Assembly: GCF_006345805.1 (NCBI RefSeq)
Contig: NC_042999.1
Span: 142,724,001 to 142,788,000 of the forward strand
Source of the DNA: Octopus sinensis
Lineage: Eukaryota
Reading direction: 5' to 3'
Length of the DNA stretch: 64,000 nt
Shown here: positions 11,973-25,423 of the stretch, piece after piece
Position numbering within the stretch: position 1 is the stretch's first letter
How the letters are laid out: every line of letters starts with the position of its first letter
Program-made: the position numbers and the translations under genes
The notes under the pieces: model-generated
Seen by the model: the letters and a program-made list of their open reading frames with translations, nothing else
What the model was told of the DNA's origin: nothing
Databases searched by the model: none

Positions 11973-12272
11973 GGAGGCACATGGTCTAGTGGTTAGAGCA
12001 GGGGACTCGCGGTCGAGGGATCGCGAGTTCGAATCTCAGACCGGGCGATGTGTGTGTTTATGAACGAAACACCTAAGCTCCACGCGGCTCCGGCAGAAAG
12101 TAATGGCGAACTTCTGCTGACTCTTTCGCCACAACTTTCTCTCACTCTTCCCTCCTGCATCGTGCAGCGCACCTGCGACGGACAGGCGTCCCGTCCAGGT
12201 GGGGAACCTATATGCCAAGGAAACCGGGAAACCGGCCCTTGTGAGCCATGCGTGGCTCGAGAAGGAACAAGC
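11973..12272 (+). mobile_element. tRNA-derived SINE with a V-domain-like central block
   Basis: Pol III A box TGGTCTAGTGG (11982-11992) and B box GAGTTCGAATC (12025-12035). CCTGCGACGGACAGGCGTCCCGTCCAGG (12172-12199) resembles the V-SINE domain. A 3' hairpin gagccatgc/gtggctc is present. No intact tRNA cloverleaf. Confidence 0.8.
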
Positions 12273-12289
12273 AATACTATGCATGTGTG

Positions 12290-12396
<107 letters not shown>

Positions 12397-12801
12397 TCGT
12401 CTATCTATATTTATATCTACCTATCTATTTGTCCATCATATACATTTCGTTGTACAAACATTATCTGATGCAGAACCAAATATGTTTGGTAAAATGTGGA
12501 CAGATATATTTATTATATCAAATGTTGGCTGTCTACTACTCTGAATTTCGTTCCCGGTGGCATTATTCACAACAGTTATTGATACATACATACATACATA
12601 CATACATACATACATACATACATACATACATACATACATACATACACAAATACCCTGTTGATGTTGAAATTCAAATAAAGAAGTCTTCAGTTGAGTGCTG
12701 TTTCTCTATTGGCAGCTCTAAGAAACCAGCTCTTTCTCTATCGGTAAAAAAAAACCTTGAAAAAGAAAAACGGAATTATAACATACAAATGTGTGTGTGT
12801 G

Positions 12802-12833
<32 letters not shown>

Positions 12834-13073
12834 GCATGCGAGCGTGTGTGCATGTGCTTGTGTGTGAGTATTTGCATGTATGCATGAGCGCGCGTGGGTA
12901 TATATATATATATAAACTCTGTTGGACTTTTGGACATTTCTTATAGGGTATTAGAATATTACATATATACCATTCTGCATAAAAAATGGATTTACAACTT
13001 AAATATCCATACGTATCTTGCATTTATTTTATTTTCTCCACCTCACTCTCTATTTTGTATCACATCTAAACTA

Positions 13074-13123
13074 ACTCCGATGAAGGGATATAATTAATAA
13101 ATATCCTGGAAACAGCTGTAAGA
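13074..13123 (+). ncRNA. Candidate minimal type I hammerhead ribozyme in a PLE pseudo-LTR-like fragment
   Basis: CCGATGA (U4C variant of CUGAUGA), A, stem II GGGATAT/ATATCCT, GAAAC-agct-GTA with palindromic stem III ACAGCTGT; weak stem I. Confidence 0.55.
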
Positions 13124-13220
13124 CCTTCTATCTATAAATGCTCTAATATCTACACAGCCTTGGTTTTTTATCTCATTACGCAAAAAATTCTTATATATAT
13201 ATAGATATATATATATATAT

Positions 13221-13660
13221 CATCATCATCATCATCATCATCAGCGTTTAACGTCCGTTTTCCGCGCTAGCACGAGTTGGACGGTTCGACGGGGACTGGG
13301 AAGCCAGGGGCTGCTCCAGGCTCCAGTCTGATCTGGCAGATTTCTACGGCTGGATGCCCTTCCTAACGCCAACCACTCCGCGAGTGTAGTGGGTGCTTTT
13401 TACGTGCCACCTGCACAGGTGCCAGGGGGGGGTCCGGCATCGGCCACGATCGGTTGGAGCTTTTAACGTGCCAGCGGCACGGAAGCCAGCCAGTGCTTTT
13501 TATGTGCCACCGGCACAGAAGCCAGTCGGAGCGGCGCTGGCATCGGCCACGTTCGGATGGTGCTTTTAATGTGTCACCGGCACAGGTATCACAACTACTA
13601 TTTCCATTGATATTTATTTCGACGTTCATGTTCATGTACTTGACTCAACAGATCTCCTCA
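13221..13660 (-). mobile_element. RTE-related SINE/non-autonomous element with (GAT)n tail
   Basis: (CAT)n-gtttaacgtccgttttccgcgctagcacg...ggctggatgcccttcctaacgccaaccac, with internal repeats of gtgctttttatgtgccaccggcac. Related copies at about 36560-36790, 37615-37800 and 39675-39820. Confidence 0.75.
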
Positions 13661-13691
13661 AGCACAGCGGGACGTTCTGGGATATATATAC

Positions 13692-13722
<31 letters not shown>

Positions 13723-13723
13723 A

Positions 13724-13761
<38 letters not shown>

Positions 13762-13768
13762 TTATATA

Positions 13769-13810
<42 letters not shown>

Positions 13811-13840
13811 TATATATAAATACATACATACATTTATATA

Positions 13841-14355
13841 CTAGACTTGAAGCCACCCTTCGGGCGGCATTCACGCTGGCTCCTGCGGAGGGCACCTTTG
13901 AAGCCTGCGGCCCTCTACACTTGTGCAATGAAACTTATTTCTGCAAAGGTGCTAAGCACTGATGCTGATCATAGTTTAATCAATAAGCGTAGGAGCGGGG
14001 TAAAAATCTAGTAAAATCAGGGGTGGCGGGGGGGGGGAGTGGGACCCCATTTAAGCGGCTTTTCAGAAATTGAACCTTCTTACGATACTCCCTGGGATTT
14101 CATGGTATAAAATTCATTGTCGTTGCTCCGATTTGGTCGCCAATGCCATGTATTTAGTTTAAAATGCAGTAAAAACAGGGGGTCAGTGGGGCCCCAATTA
14201 AGCGGCCCTTAAAAAAATAGAGCCCCTTAGGACACTCCCTGGGATTAGGGGAGTTGCTGGTTTGAGTTTCGTTGTCCTTGCACCAACGGTCTTGGGGGAA
14301 GTAACGTAAATAAAAACGTAACGGACAGAGAAACATCACTCAATTTATATTAAGA
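13841..14355 (-). mobile_element. Non-autonomous Helitron, 515 bp
   Basis: Minus-strand ends A|TCTTAATATAAA...CTAG|T. Subterminal hairpin gccacccttcgggcggc about 10 bp from CTAG. Inserted in an AT dinucleotide with no TSD. Confidence 0.85.
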
Positions 14356-14688
14356 TGATATATGAGAGTGGTGTGTGTGTGTGTGCGTGTGTGTGTGTGT
14401 GTGGTGTGTGTGTGTGTGTGTGTGTGTTGTGTGTGTGTGTGTGTGCGTGTGCATGCGAGCGTGTGTGCATGTGCTTGTGTGTGAGTATTTGCATGTATGC
14501 ATGAGCGCGCGTGGGTATATATATATATAAACTCTGTTGGACTTTTGGACATTTCTTATAGGGTATTAGAATATTACATATATACCATTCTGCATAAAAA
14601 ATGGATTTACAACTTAAATATCCATACGTATCTTGCATTTATTTTATTTTCTCCACCTCACTCTCTATTTTGTATCACATCTAAACTA

Positions 14689-14738
14689 ACTCCGATGAAG
14701 GGATATAATTAATAAATATCCTGGAAACAGCTGTAAGA
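14689..14738 (+). ncRNA. Duplicate copy of the hammerhead candidate at 13074-13123
   Basis: Identical motif within the tandem duplication. Confidence 0.55.
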
Positions 14739-14827
14739 CCTTCTATCTATAAATGCTCTAATATCTACACAGTCTTGGTTTTTTATCTCATTACGCAAAA
14801 AATTCTTATATATATATATATATATAT

Positions 14828-15265
14828 CATCATCATCATCATCATCATCAGCGTTTAACGTCCGTTTTCCGCGCTAGCACGGGTTGGACGGTTCGACCGG
14901 GGACTGGGAAGCCAGGGGCTGCTCCAGGCTCCAGTCTGATCTGGCAGATTTCTACGGCTGGATGCCCTTCCTAACGCCAACCACTCCGCGAGTGTAGTGG
15001 GTGCTTTTTACGTGCCACCTGCACAGGTGCCAGGGGGGGGGGTCCGGCATCGGCCACGATCGGTTGGAGCTTTTAACGTGCCAGCGGCACGGAAGCCAGC
15101 CAGTGCTTTTTATGTGCCACCGGCACAGAAGCCAGTCGGAGCGGCGCTGGCATCGGCCACGTTCGGATGGTGCTTTTAATGTGTCACCGGCACAGGTATC
15201 ACAACTACTATTTCCATTGATATTATTTCGACGTTCATGTTCATGTACTTGACTCAACAGATCTC
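14828..15265 (-). mobile_element. Duplicate RTE-related SINE
   Basis: Near-identical to 13221-13660. Confidence 0.75.
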
Positions 15266-15325
15266 CTCAAGCACAGCGGGACGTTCTGGGATATATATAC
15301 ATATATTTATATATACATATACATA

Positions 15326-15437
<112 letters not shown>

Positions 15438-15455
15438 CATACATACATTTATATA

Positions 15456-15970
15456 CTAGACTTGAAGCCACCCTTCGGGCGGCATTCACGCTGGCTCCTG
15501 CGGAGGGCACCTTTGAAGCCTGCGGCCCTCTACACTTGTGCAATGAAACTTATTTCTGCAAAGGTGCTAAGCACTGATGCTGATCATAGTTTAATCAATA
15601 AGCGTAGGAGCGGGGTAAAAATCTAGTAAAATCAGGGGTGGCGGGGGGGGGGAGTGGGACCCCATTTAAGCGGCTTTTCAGAAATTGAACCTTCTTACGA
15701 TACTCCCTGGGATTTCATGGTATAAAATTCATTGTCGTTGCTCCGATTGGTCGCCAATGCCATGTATTTAGTTTAAAATGCAGTAAAAACAGGGGGTCAG
15801 TGGGGCCCCAATTAAGCGGCCCTTAAAAAAATAGAGCCCCTTAGGACACTCCCTGGGATTAGGGGAGTTGCTGGTTTGAGTTTCGTTGTCCTTGCACCAA
15901 CGGTCTTGGGGGAAGTAACGTAAATAAAAACGTAACGGACAGAGAAACAGCACTCAAATTTATATTAAGA
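15456..15970 (-). mobile_element. Duplicate non-autonomous Helitron, 515 bp
   Basis: Same TC...CTAG ends and hairpin as 13841-14355. Confidence 0.85.
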
Positions 15971-16557
15971 TGATATATGAGAGTGTGTGTGTGTGTGTGT
16001 GGTGTGTGTGTGTGTGTGTGTGTGTGTGTTGTGTGTGTGTGTGTGCGTGCGTGTGTGTGTGTATGTGTGTATACATGCATGTATATACGTATGTATTTTG
16101 GCGAGTAGATATGTATGTCTGGGTGCATATGGACACAGACTCACACACTCACAGAGAGTGAAATCCGCTTATTGTGATCAAAACTAAAGATGGGCCGCTA
16201 TGGCATTCATGCTTTTCCCAAGGGAACTTAACGACGCAAATAATGCAAAACGGTTCGAAATACGAAATGAAACCAGATCAGGAACTTAATTAGCTGAACG
16301 TTTACCGTCGCGCCATGGAACAGAAGATTGCACGAGGGAATATACTGATTTCTCCAAAGACTTAAGATTTATAGCGGAAGTGATATTTGATTGTGTGGTG
16401 TTTGTCATGACTTTCTTGTGGGATGGAGGTGCAACTGGAATTAAGGAAAATGATTACAATCACGATGAGCAAATCGGATCATAGAAATTGGTTTGCTGGC
16501 AAATTACCCGACTAGTATAAAATGTACAAACCTGAGTGTGGTGTGTGTGTGTGTGAT

Positions 16558-16692
16558 ATGAGGAGATGCTGAAAGGCTTTAAGGGTGTCGCGAAAGGCCT
16601 GGCTGTAGGCCCAACTTTCCCAGTTCATTTACAGGGCTTAGAAAAACTGTAGAGTGTGAATCTGAGAGATGAATATGTTGAATAAAATCATT
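16558..16692 (+). mobile_element. Mariner-like MITE end fragment (related to 47435-47585)
   Basis: tgagga gatgctgaaa..ggctttaagggtgtcgcgaaaggc...ttgaataaaatcat is shared with the 47435 copy. Confidence 0.5.
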
Positions 16693-16695
16693 GAT

Positions 16696-16778
<83 letters not shown>

Positions 16779-16850
16779 CAGATAGATAGATAGATAGGCA
16801 TATACACACACGTGTGTGAGTGTGTGTGCATAATGTGTATATATATATAC

Positions 16851-17031
16851 AGGCGCAGTAGTGGCTGTGTGGTAAGTAGCTTGTTTACCAACCACATGGT
16901 TCCGGGGTCAGTCCCACTGCGTGGCATCTTGGGCAAGTGTCTTCTGCTATAGCCCCGGGCCGACCAATGCCTTGTGAGTGGATTTGGTAGACGGAAACTA
17001 AAAGAAGTTGTCGTATATATGTATATATATA

Positions 17032-17081
<50 letters not shown>

Positions 17082-17292
17082 TGTGTCTGTGTTTGTCCCC
17101 CTAGTATTGCTTGACAACCAATGCTGGTGTGTTTACGTCCCCGTCACTTAGCGGTTCGGCAAAAGAGACCGATAGAATAAGTACTGGGCTTACAAAGAAT
17201 AAGTCCCGGGGTCGATTTGCTCGATTAAAGGCGGTGCTCCAGCATGGCCGCAGTCAAATGACTGAAACAAGTAAAAGAGTAAAAGAGAGAGA
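16851..17292 (+). mobile_element. tRNA-derived CORE-like SINE family B, full length with internal (TA)(TG) microsatellite
   Basis: A box TGGCTGTGTGG, B-box-like ggggtcagtccc, CORE-like cttgggcaagtgtcttct, and 3' part ...gcatggccgcagtcaaatgactgaaacaagtaaaagag. Partial copies at about 18280-18455, 20159-20255, 25740-25900, 36400-36535, 39235-39305, 56930-57115, 57355-57515, 58305-58405 and 62590-62750. Confidence 0.85.
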
Positions 17293-18355
17293 GTATATAT
17301 AAAAGTTAGTAACTAAATCCAGTACTTACCCATTCCAGTCAATTTATCATTTTTTATGTATTGAATCCAGTATGACAGCCAACGGTAATATGATCCTGAG
17401 AACTGATTGGATAACGAATTGAGTAACAACAACCACAGCTACAACATAACCATTGTAATAATTGTTTTTATCATCATCATCGATAAAATATCAGCAAAAA
17501 CAAATCGAAATATATTCATTAATACAGAAAGCATTGCTAAATGAATACGACATACAGTGTCTACTAAACAAATTATGATATGAGATATGTAAAAATCAAT
17601 AGAAAGAATGAAATCAACGCTGAAATTCCCTTCACTCCTTCATTAAGTTGTGGTTGTTGTTTCCACCCCGTTTAACAACCAACATTTTATGCGGTGTTAG
17701 ATATAATCAAGAAGGACCAGAGCGGGTTGTTTCTTTAGATAATGGCTTGTAGTTGAACGAGATGAAGAAGGTAAATAAAAAATGGGGTGTATGACCTAGT
17801 CTGTTATCAGCTTTCCATCCAGTATACCTGCTCACAAAATATAACCCCACCTAATGTAAACATAGCTCTCTAATTGCATTGAGATAAATCATGAGCAAGC
17901 AGATACAATATATCACTTAAGTAGAATTCCTTTGCTGTGCAGACTAAATATATTATAGTAGAAACTTGTACTGGTTTCATACAGATTGAAAAGCCACAAA
18001 ACGTTATTCCTATGACATTCTGAGAAATAAATGTCATAGAAAATTAATAGATTTCTCTTCCAGACACAAAGTTCTACCCTTCCGCTTATAGCTTATTTTC
18101 TCGTTTATTTTATTTTATTTTATTTTAAGAGACCAGCTCAACCAATGTATATAATTCTACGTATTTAAATTGGAAAGGTGTTGTTCACTGTTATTATTGT
18201 ACAGAGTAGATAGGAATGAGTTCGATGTAGTGTGTCATAAACAGATAACTGTGGAGCCAAAATCATCCATTTATTCGTAGCTGCGTGGTAAGAAGTTTGC
18301 TTCTCAATCACATGGTTCCGGGTTCAGTCTCACTGCATGGCACATCGGGGAAAGT

Positions 18356-18454
18356 GTTTAAGTATTTTCTACAATAACCCCGAGTCGACCAGAACCTTGT
18401 GAGTGGATTTGGTAGGCAGTGACTGAAAGAACCCGCCGTATAAGCACACAGACA

Positions 18455-18511
<57 letters not shown>

Positions 18512-19107
18512 GATGCGAAAGTTGGTTTGTGAAAGCACGTGGTTGAATATATAGAAAATAGTAAAAAGTGAAAAAACTACAGAAGGCTTGTTTTAAAAGG
18601 TTAAAAAATATATATTTGAGTCAACATATACTTTATTTTATCACCGACAGTTGTATGAAAATGTCATCACAGTAATATCTTCTGATAAGATAGCTAGGAC
18701 ACTCTATAATGAAATCCGTCGGAAAGATAAGCCTGAGGACAAAGAATTAAGAACCCACAGTATGGTAGAAGCCACAGCCACTCATAATAAAAAGGAGTAC
18801 TGGTAGAATGTCACAGTGAATACCTCAATAAAATGTAAGCACAGCAGACCTGATATAATGATTTGAGATAGAGAAGAGAAACTGTGTACTGCTGTGGAAA
18901 TCGGGTGCCCAGCGGATGTTAACATATAGCTGAAGATCAGTGAAAAAGAGAATACCCATGCTGAACTATTGAGAAATCTGCAGTTACTCTATACAGATTA
19001 CAAGTTCAGGTTTAAGTATTTTCTACAATAACCCCGAGTCGACCAGAACCTTGTGAGTGGATTTGGTAGGCAGTGACTGAAAGAAACCCGCCGTATAAGC
19101 ACACAGA

Positions 19108-19152
<45 letters not shown>

Positions 19153-19746
19153 TGCGAAAGTTGGTTTGTGAAAGCACGTGGTTGAATATATAGAAAATAG
19201 TAAAAAGTGAAAAAACTACAGAAGGCTTGTTTTAAAAGGTTAAAAAATATATATTTGAGTCAACATATACTTTATTTTATCACCGACAGTTGTATGAAAA
19301 TGTCATCACAGTAATATCTTCTGATAAGATAGCTAGGACACTCTATAATGAAATCCGTCGGAAAGATAAGCCTGAGGACAAAGAATTAAGAACCCACAGT
19401 ATGGTAGAAGCCACAGCCACTCATAATAAAAAGGAGTACTGGTAGAATGTCACAGTGAATACCTCAATAAAATGTAAGCACAGCAGACCTGATATAATGA
19501 TTTGAGATAGAGAAGAGAAACTGTGTACTGCTGTGGAAATCGGGTGCCCAGCGGATGTTAACATATAGCTGAAGATCAGTGAAAAAGAGAATACCCATGC
19601 TGAACTATTGAGAAATCTGCAGTTACTCTATACAGATTACAAGTTCAGGTTTAAGTATTTTCTACAATAACCCCGAGTCGACCAGAACCTTGTGAGTGGA
19701 TTTGGTAGGCAGTGACTGAAAGAAACCCGCCGTATAAGCACACAGA

Positions 19747-19785
<39 letters not shown>

Positions 19786-19796
19786 TATATATATAT

Positions 19797-19890
<94 letters not shown>

Positions 19891-19912
19891 GAGAAAGTTG
19901 GTTTGTGAAAGC
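18356..19912 (+). repeat. Tandem array of about 2.4 copies of a ~650-bp chimeric unit (SINE B part, (TA)n, AT-rich segment, R4/Dong-like LINE fragment)
   Basis: Units start with gtttaagtattttctac at 18356, 19010 and 19649. The first two are nearly identical apart from the (TA)n length. Confidence 0.95.
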
Positions 19913-20127
19913 CCAACTCTTCTCAACATAAACATAACGATAACTCGTCTCAACGTAAACATAACGATGTAAGAAATTTGAAAAGCTGAACGCGAAACCG
20001 GTCATTTCTTCTAAATTATGTCATTGTAAGAAAAACATTTATAACATTCTTCAGACATATTGACTCAAATATATATTTTTTAACCTTTTAAAACAAGCCT
20101 TCTGTAGTTTTTTCACTTTTTACTATT

Positions 20128-20158
<31 letters not shown>

Positions 20159-20255
20159 GGCGCAGCAGTGGGTGTGTCGTAAGAAGCTTGGTTCCCTACC
20201 ATATGGTTCCGAGTTCAGTCCCACTGCGTGGCACCTTCTACTATACACTCGGGCC

Positions 20256-21185
20256 GTGCAGATTTGTATGCTTTGCATTATGTATGTATTCTCATGCTTA
20301 TAGTTGCATATCTAGACATGCGCATATATATTTCAATGATAAACTTCTGGAAAGTTTTACAGATTTCTATACTTACAGAGATGGCTTGGATCTGTAATCT
20401 TCGTATCAGCTTTCTCCTTTCTGGTTTTGAGAAGCCTAATTTTTCAAGATTGGTATTTAGGCAGTATGTTACATATCCCTGTACCCCAATAATTACATAT
20501 ATAAACCTGAACTTGTAATCTGAATAGAGTAACTGCAGATTTCTCAATAGTTCAGCATGGGTATTCTCTTTTTCACTGATCTTCAGCTTTATGTTAACAT
20601 CCGCTGGGCACCCGATTTCCACAGCAGTACACAGTTTCTCTTCTCTATCTCAAATCATTATATCAGGTCTGCTGTGCTTACATTTTATTGAGGTATTCAC
20701 TGTGACATTCTACCTGTACTCCTTTTTATTATGAGTGGCTGTGGCTTCTACCATACTGTGGGTTCTTAATTCTTTGTCCTCAGGCTTATCTTTCTGACGG
20801 ATTTCATTATAGAGTGTCCTAGCTATCTTATCGGTAGATATTACTGTGATGACATTTTCATACGACTGTCGGTGATATCTTCGATGTCAACTCCACAAAG
20901 TCGGCATCCGTTGTCACATTCTACTGCTTTTCTTGCATCTGTATCCCTTTTGTGCATCAGATACTTGATTGATATTTCCTGTTCTTGGATTGCAAACGCA
21001 TACCCTTCAAAGTGGGAGGAAGTAATCCGGCTATTGGTCTATTATAGACTGTTTTGATGATCAATGTTACTGTCATCTCGGAGCTTTCTACTAACATATC
21101 CATGCATAGTCTTCTGCTCATATAGGCACATCCTTTCATCTGATGATATGTTGCTACTTTGCTTGTTGCAAAAATCAGCGGTTGA
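20256..21185 (-). mobile_element. R4/Dong-like (restriction-like endonuclease) non-LTR retrotransposon 3' fragment, disrupted
   Basis: Minus strand reads FEGYAFAIQEQEI...CDNGCRLCGVDIEDIT (zinc knuckle)...KHSRPDIMI*DREEKLCTAVEIGCPADVNIKLKISEKEN (PD..D/E endonuclease)...VIIGVQGYVT (ORF 20278-20622). Confidence 0.85.
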
Positions 21186-21234
21186 ATGTCCCTTATTTAT
21201 TTATATATAGCGAACTGGAACGAACGACTACCAT

Positions 21235-21465
21235 TTCTAGCAGATGGGTGCCCAATACTGAGGAAGGGTAAGACACTAAAACCAGTTCTGGTCTTCAGGT
21301 CCTGTCACCACAGGATGAGATGGGGGGGGGGTCCCTCACTTGCTTGCAATATATCTGACACAGGTTTTGTGTCGTTAACCAGCTGGAAGAGGTGTCGTCC
21401 TGGGGTTTAAAAAAGTAGTGACATTGTTCTGTACGGAACAGCCATGTTGAAGTGGCAACAAACAT
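21235..21465 (+). repeat. Old dispersed repeat (diverged copies at about 25450-25670 and, inverted, about 30990-31100)
   Basis: Shared gcttgcaata...ccagctgga...tcctggggtt.aaa...gtt.aagtggc motifs. Confidence 0.5.
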
Positions 21466-22366
21466 TATATATACAAATGCATCTTTATCATTTGTTGACT
21501 GAAGTTTTGCAGTTTCGGTAACATTAACAAGACCGCTGGCTTCAACGTACCACTATATTTTAAAATCTACTCAGGAAAGGCTTAGCAACGATATGATTGA
21601 ATGACAATTCGGAAGGCAATGTGTCTTCGGTATAGTGAGTCAAGAAGGCAAAATGTGCATGAGAATATGCTAAAAGTATGAAAATAAGTTATGTACGACA
21701 ATTTAGACCGCTTGTTTAGTTATCAATATTCTGCAGAGACCAGCAGAATAGATAACAGGGATTGTATACAGTTAGAATATTTAAATATTTTGACTGAAGA
21801 CAGGAGAGACCAAATCGACAATGTGTGGTAATGCGTAAGGAAAAGAAATGGTCAAAATTCGAACATTAGTGCTATAACGTAAAGAACAAAATAAGAGAAA
21901 GCGAAGACCATTAGTGCTATAACGTAAAGAGTAAAGGAAGAGAAAGTGAAGACAGGGTGAATATCAATGTGAACAGAACCAAAAATAGAGAGTACCTGTG
22001 GAAAGGAGGGTTGTGAGAAAACAGCAAAGCATTGTGGTATAGTATAAATATTAGAGAGAGCAAGAACGGGTAAAAAGAGAATAGACGAAAAGAAGGAAGA
22101 GTAATGAAAACGAGAAAGGGAAAGAGTCAAGAAAAGATTGGGTGAATAAGAAGAGAAGGATAGAATGACGCAAAAAAATGTAATTCATAAGTATGTATGT
22201 CTGTATGTGTTTACGTATATAACAGTGTGTGCGTACATGTGTATGGATAGAAGTGTATGGTTTGAACACTGTGTACGCATATCGCTAGGAAAAGAACACA
22301 GAACTAACTGTATGTAAAGTAAGATCTATTTCGAGAATTGAAAAATTCAATACATCCAAATGACTA

Positions 22367-22753
22367 AGACGGCGAGCTGGCAGAAACGTTAGCACAACGG
22401 GCGAAATGCTTAGCGGTATTTCGCCTGCCGCTACGTTCTGAGTTCAAATTCCGCCGAGGTCGACTTTGCCGTTCATCCTTTCGGGGTCGATAAATTAAGT
22501 ACCAGTTACGATATAATCGACTTAATCCGTTTGTCTGTCCTTGTTTGTCCTCTCTGTGTTTAGCCCCTTGTGGGTAGTAAAGAAATAGGTATTTCGTCTG
22601 CCGCTACGTTCTGAGTTCAAATTCCGCCGAGGTCGACTTTGCCTTTCATCCTTTGGGGGTCGATAAATTAAGTACTAGTTGCGTACTGGGGTCGATCTAA
22701 TCGACTGGCCCCCTCCCTAAAAATTTCGAGCCTTATGTCTAGAGTAGAAAAAA
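22367..22753 (+). mobile_element. SINE family A, dimeric, with 16-bp TSD
   Basis: One head and two cores. Flanks aatacatccaaatgac (22349-22364) and aatatatccaaatgac (22754-22769). Confidence 0.9.
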
Positions 22754-23472
22754 AATATATCCAAATGACCGACAATTTCATCTTTTGATTCCTCAGACTG
22801 GGACATGCCACCATAGCTTTTGTTGTGTATAGGAAATATAATTTTATTTGAATATAAACGATAATTATAATAAGAGATAGTTATTGACGGGAGATAGAAG
22901 GGGTTGCAGGAGTGTTGGAGTAGTAGGTTTTTAATTTGATGGAAGTTGTGGGTGCATGTGTTGACGGGTGTGCGAGTGTCGTTGTCCGGTTTAAGGGTGT
23001 AAATATGTCGTAGATACACAGATGTTTCGCTATACAAAGGTGGGTGACCAAGTAATTATACAGTGAGACAGACATTGATGCATTGATGAGAAATCGGGTA
23101 CGCTAAGTGATGAAGCACTAATTAATTAAGCAGATAAATAAAAGATATAGATAAATATAAAGACTGAAACGGCTAAATGTCATGGTAATGGATCTAACTT
23201 CTGGTAATTTGCTTTCAATATCGGCTGTATGGATATTGGTTTGCTTGTGGTAGTTTTGGTAGAAGTGGTTGCTAGGTGCGTGTATGAAAGTGCGTAAGTG
23301 CAGAGACTAGGTGTTGGTGTTTATGGGTGTGGGGTGTGGGTATGTGATGTGTCGTCTATGAAAGTCTGAATAGTTCACCGGAAATAATATTTGACGATAT
23401 CAGTTGCAAGCAGAAGTACACGTATACATGTGTATATACGTAGAATACATATATTCATGGAAATAGATGTAT

Positions 23473-23503
<31 letters not shown>

Positions 23504-23696
23504 CACACGCACACACACACTCATACAAACACACATACGCATGCACAAGCGTGTGCGCACTCACACACAGCATACGAAATGGTGAGAAAGACAGAAAGGT
23601 ATACATACGAAAAGAAACTCGAAATCTGGTGTATTTGTGTGTGCGTTGTATACATTCACACACACATACATATATATACATGTATAGTGTATATGG

Positions 23697-23740
<44 letters not shown>

Positions 23741-24135
23741 TACTACTACTACTACTACTAATATAGGATGAAGTTTTTTTACAGAAAAAAATTCCATCAA
23801 AAAATGTGGCAGCATATTAAAATACCTTTAAGGTTAAAATTATAAACAACTTATAAATAAGGGCTAAAGAAAATTATTTCTATGCCAATATGCTGATAAC
23901 AGACTTTCAAATCGTCAATTTCCACATATTATTTACTCGCTATAGAAAACACGTAGAGCTGAAACGAGGAAAGCCAACCAATAGAATGTTTTTAAAGTTC
24001 GTTATTTCTATATTGAATCAATTTCGGAATTAATCTCATAATAGATTTTTCCTCTTCAGTAGAAAATACGAAAAGACATAAATAAGATACTTACATGCGC
24101 CTATGTATACATATATATATATGTATGTATATATA

Positions 24136-24985
24136 CTACTTGACGTAACCGGTAATTCCAGGGGAAGCATGGCTTATCCATTGGTTCAGTTCTCATTATT
24201 ATTTTTCTAACCCGATAACAACAATACAAAGTATGTGGCCCTTAAAACGGTTTTTATGCATTTACAGAGAATACTGAACTGTCTTACACAGGATCTTGTT
24301 TTTAGGAATTCCCAATAAGTTATAAATACCCAAATTGTGAAGTTAGTTATATAATAACATAAAATTAGTTATCCGATAGTAAGAATTCAAATAAAGTAGC
24401 CCCGAAAAGGGCTTTAATGCGTTCCAAGAGTATATAGAACTTAGGAGGAAATACTAATAAAGTATGTATACTAAAATCGTGAAGCATGTTACGTAATAAC
24501 AGGGTAATCAGATATGAGATAATAATTCAAAGTAAATAACTCTGAAAAGGGCTTTTGTGCATTGCCAGAGAATATTACCTTCAGCGGCGCTAGTGTTGGT
24601 ATATTCGTGAATGAGTCACTAACCGAAATAAGTGAATTTATTGTTTAGGAAAATACTATTTACTTGTTTAAGGGTTGTACTGAATAAATTGCGAAAATAA
24701 CTCTGACAGTTCAAATACTAAGAAATAAGCAAACTCAATTTGATTTATATCAAATAATTTAGGAAAGTGAATGGGTTATTTCTCTTGGCTATATTTAAGG
24801 ATCCCTTCCAGAGGCCCAATTATCGATTTTTTTTCAGCAATCTTAGCATGCCATGAGGTTTCCAGACATGAGTTCTACTCAAGTGTCAAGTTTCCAAGTT
24901 TCCTCAAAATCGATAAAACGATGTAGGAGTTAGCTAGCAACTCCAGAAACACACCCACAGACAGAATTTCCCACATATGTAATAT
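24136..24985 (-). mobile_element. Non-autonomous Helitron (family of 49675-50595), diverged
   Basis: Colinear reverse complement of 49675-50595. The CTAG end has decayed to ctac, with hairpin remnant ccggtaattccagggg. Confidence 0.85.
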
Positions 24986-24990
24986 ATATA

Positions 24991-25033
<43 letters not shown>

Positions 25034-25034
<1 letters not shown>

Positions 25035-25423
25035 TAGCAGTATCGCCCGGCGTTGCTCGGGTTTGTAAGGAAATAACTATATAAGCATTTTTAGAGAGTT
25101 ATAGCTAAAAAGTAGCAAAAAATGCATTAAAATAGAAAAAAATGATGCTAAATTTTTTTTAATCGTTGACTCATCGTAGACATTTTTAGAGAGTTACTTC
25201 CCTTATATAATAGCGAAAAAATGCATTAAAATGGAAAAAAATTATGGTAAATTCTTTTTAAAATCGTAGACTCATCGTAGACGCGTGCTAATACCCAGAA
25301 GGGCTCGATATGAATCACGACTATAAGATACCCGGTTTTGGTTAAACTGCATCGCAAAATGTGGGAGTAGTTAGGAATCTAAATCGTAGGAGACAGACAC
25401 AACTTGACTTTTATATATAAAGA
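25034..25423 (-). mobile_element. Non-autonomous Helitron inserted in (TA)n
   Basis: Minus-strand A|TCTTTATATATAAAA...CCCGAGCAACGCCGGG hairpin...CTAG|T. Internal ~110-bp duplication. Confidence 0.9.

Noticed and set aside
11973-12045. tRNA gene
   Set aside because: A and B boxes are present, but the acceptor stem does not pair properly and the sequence continues into a SINE body with no Pol III terminator.
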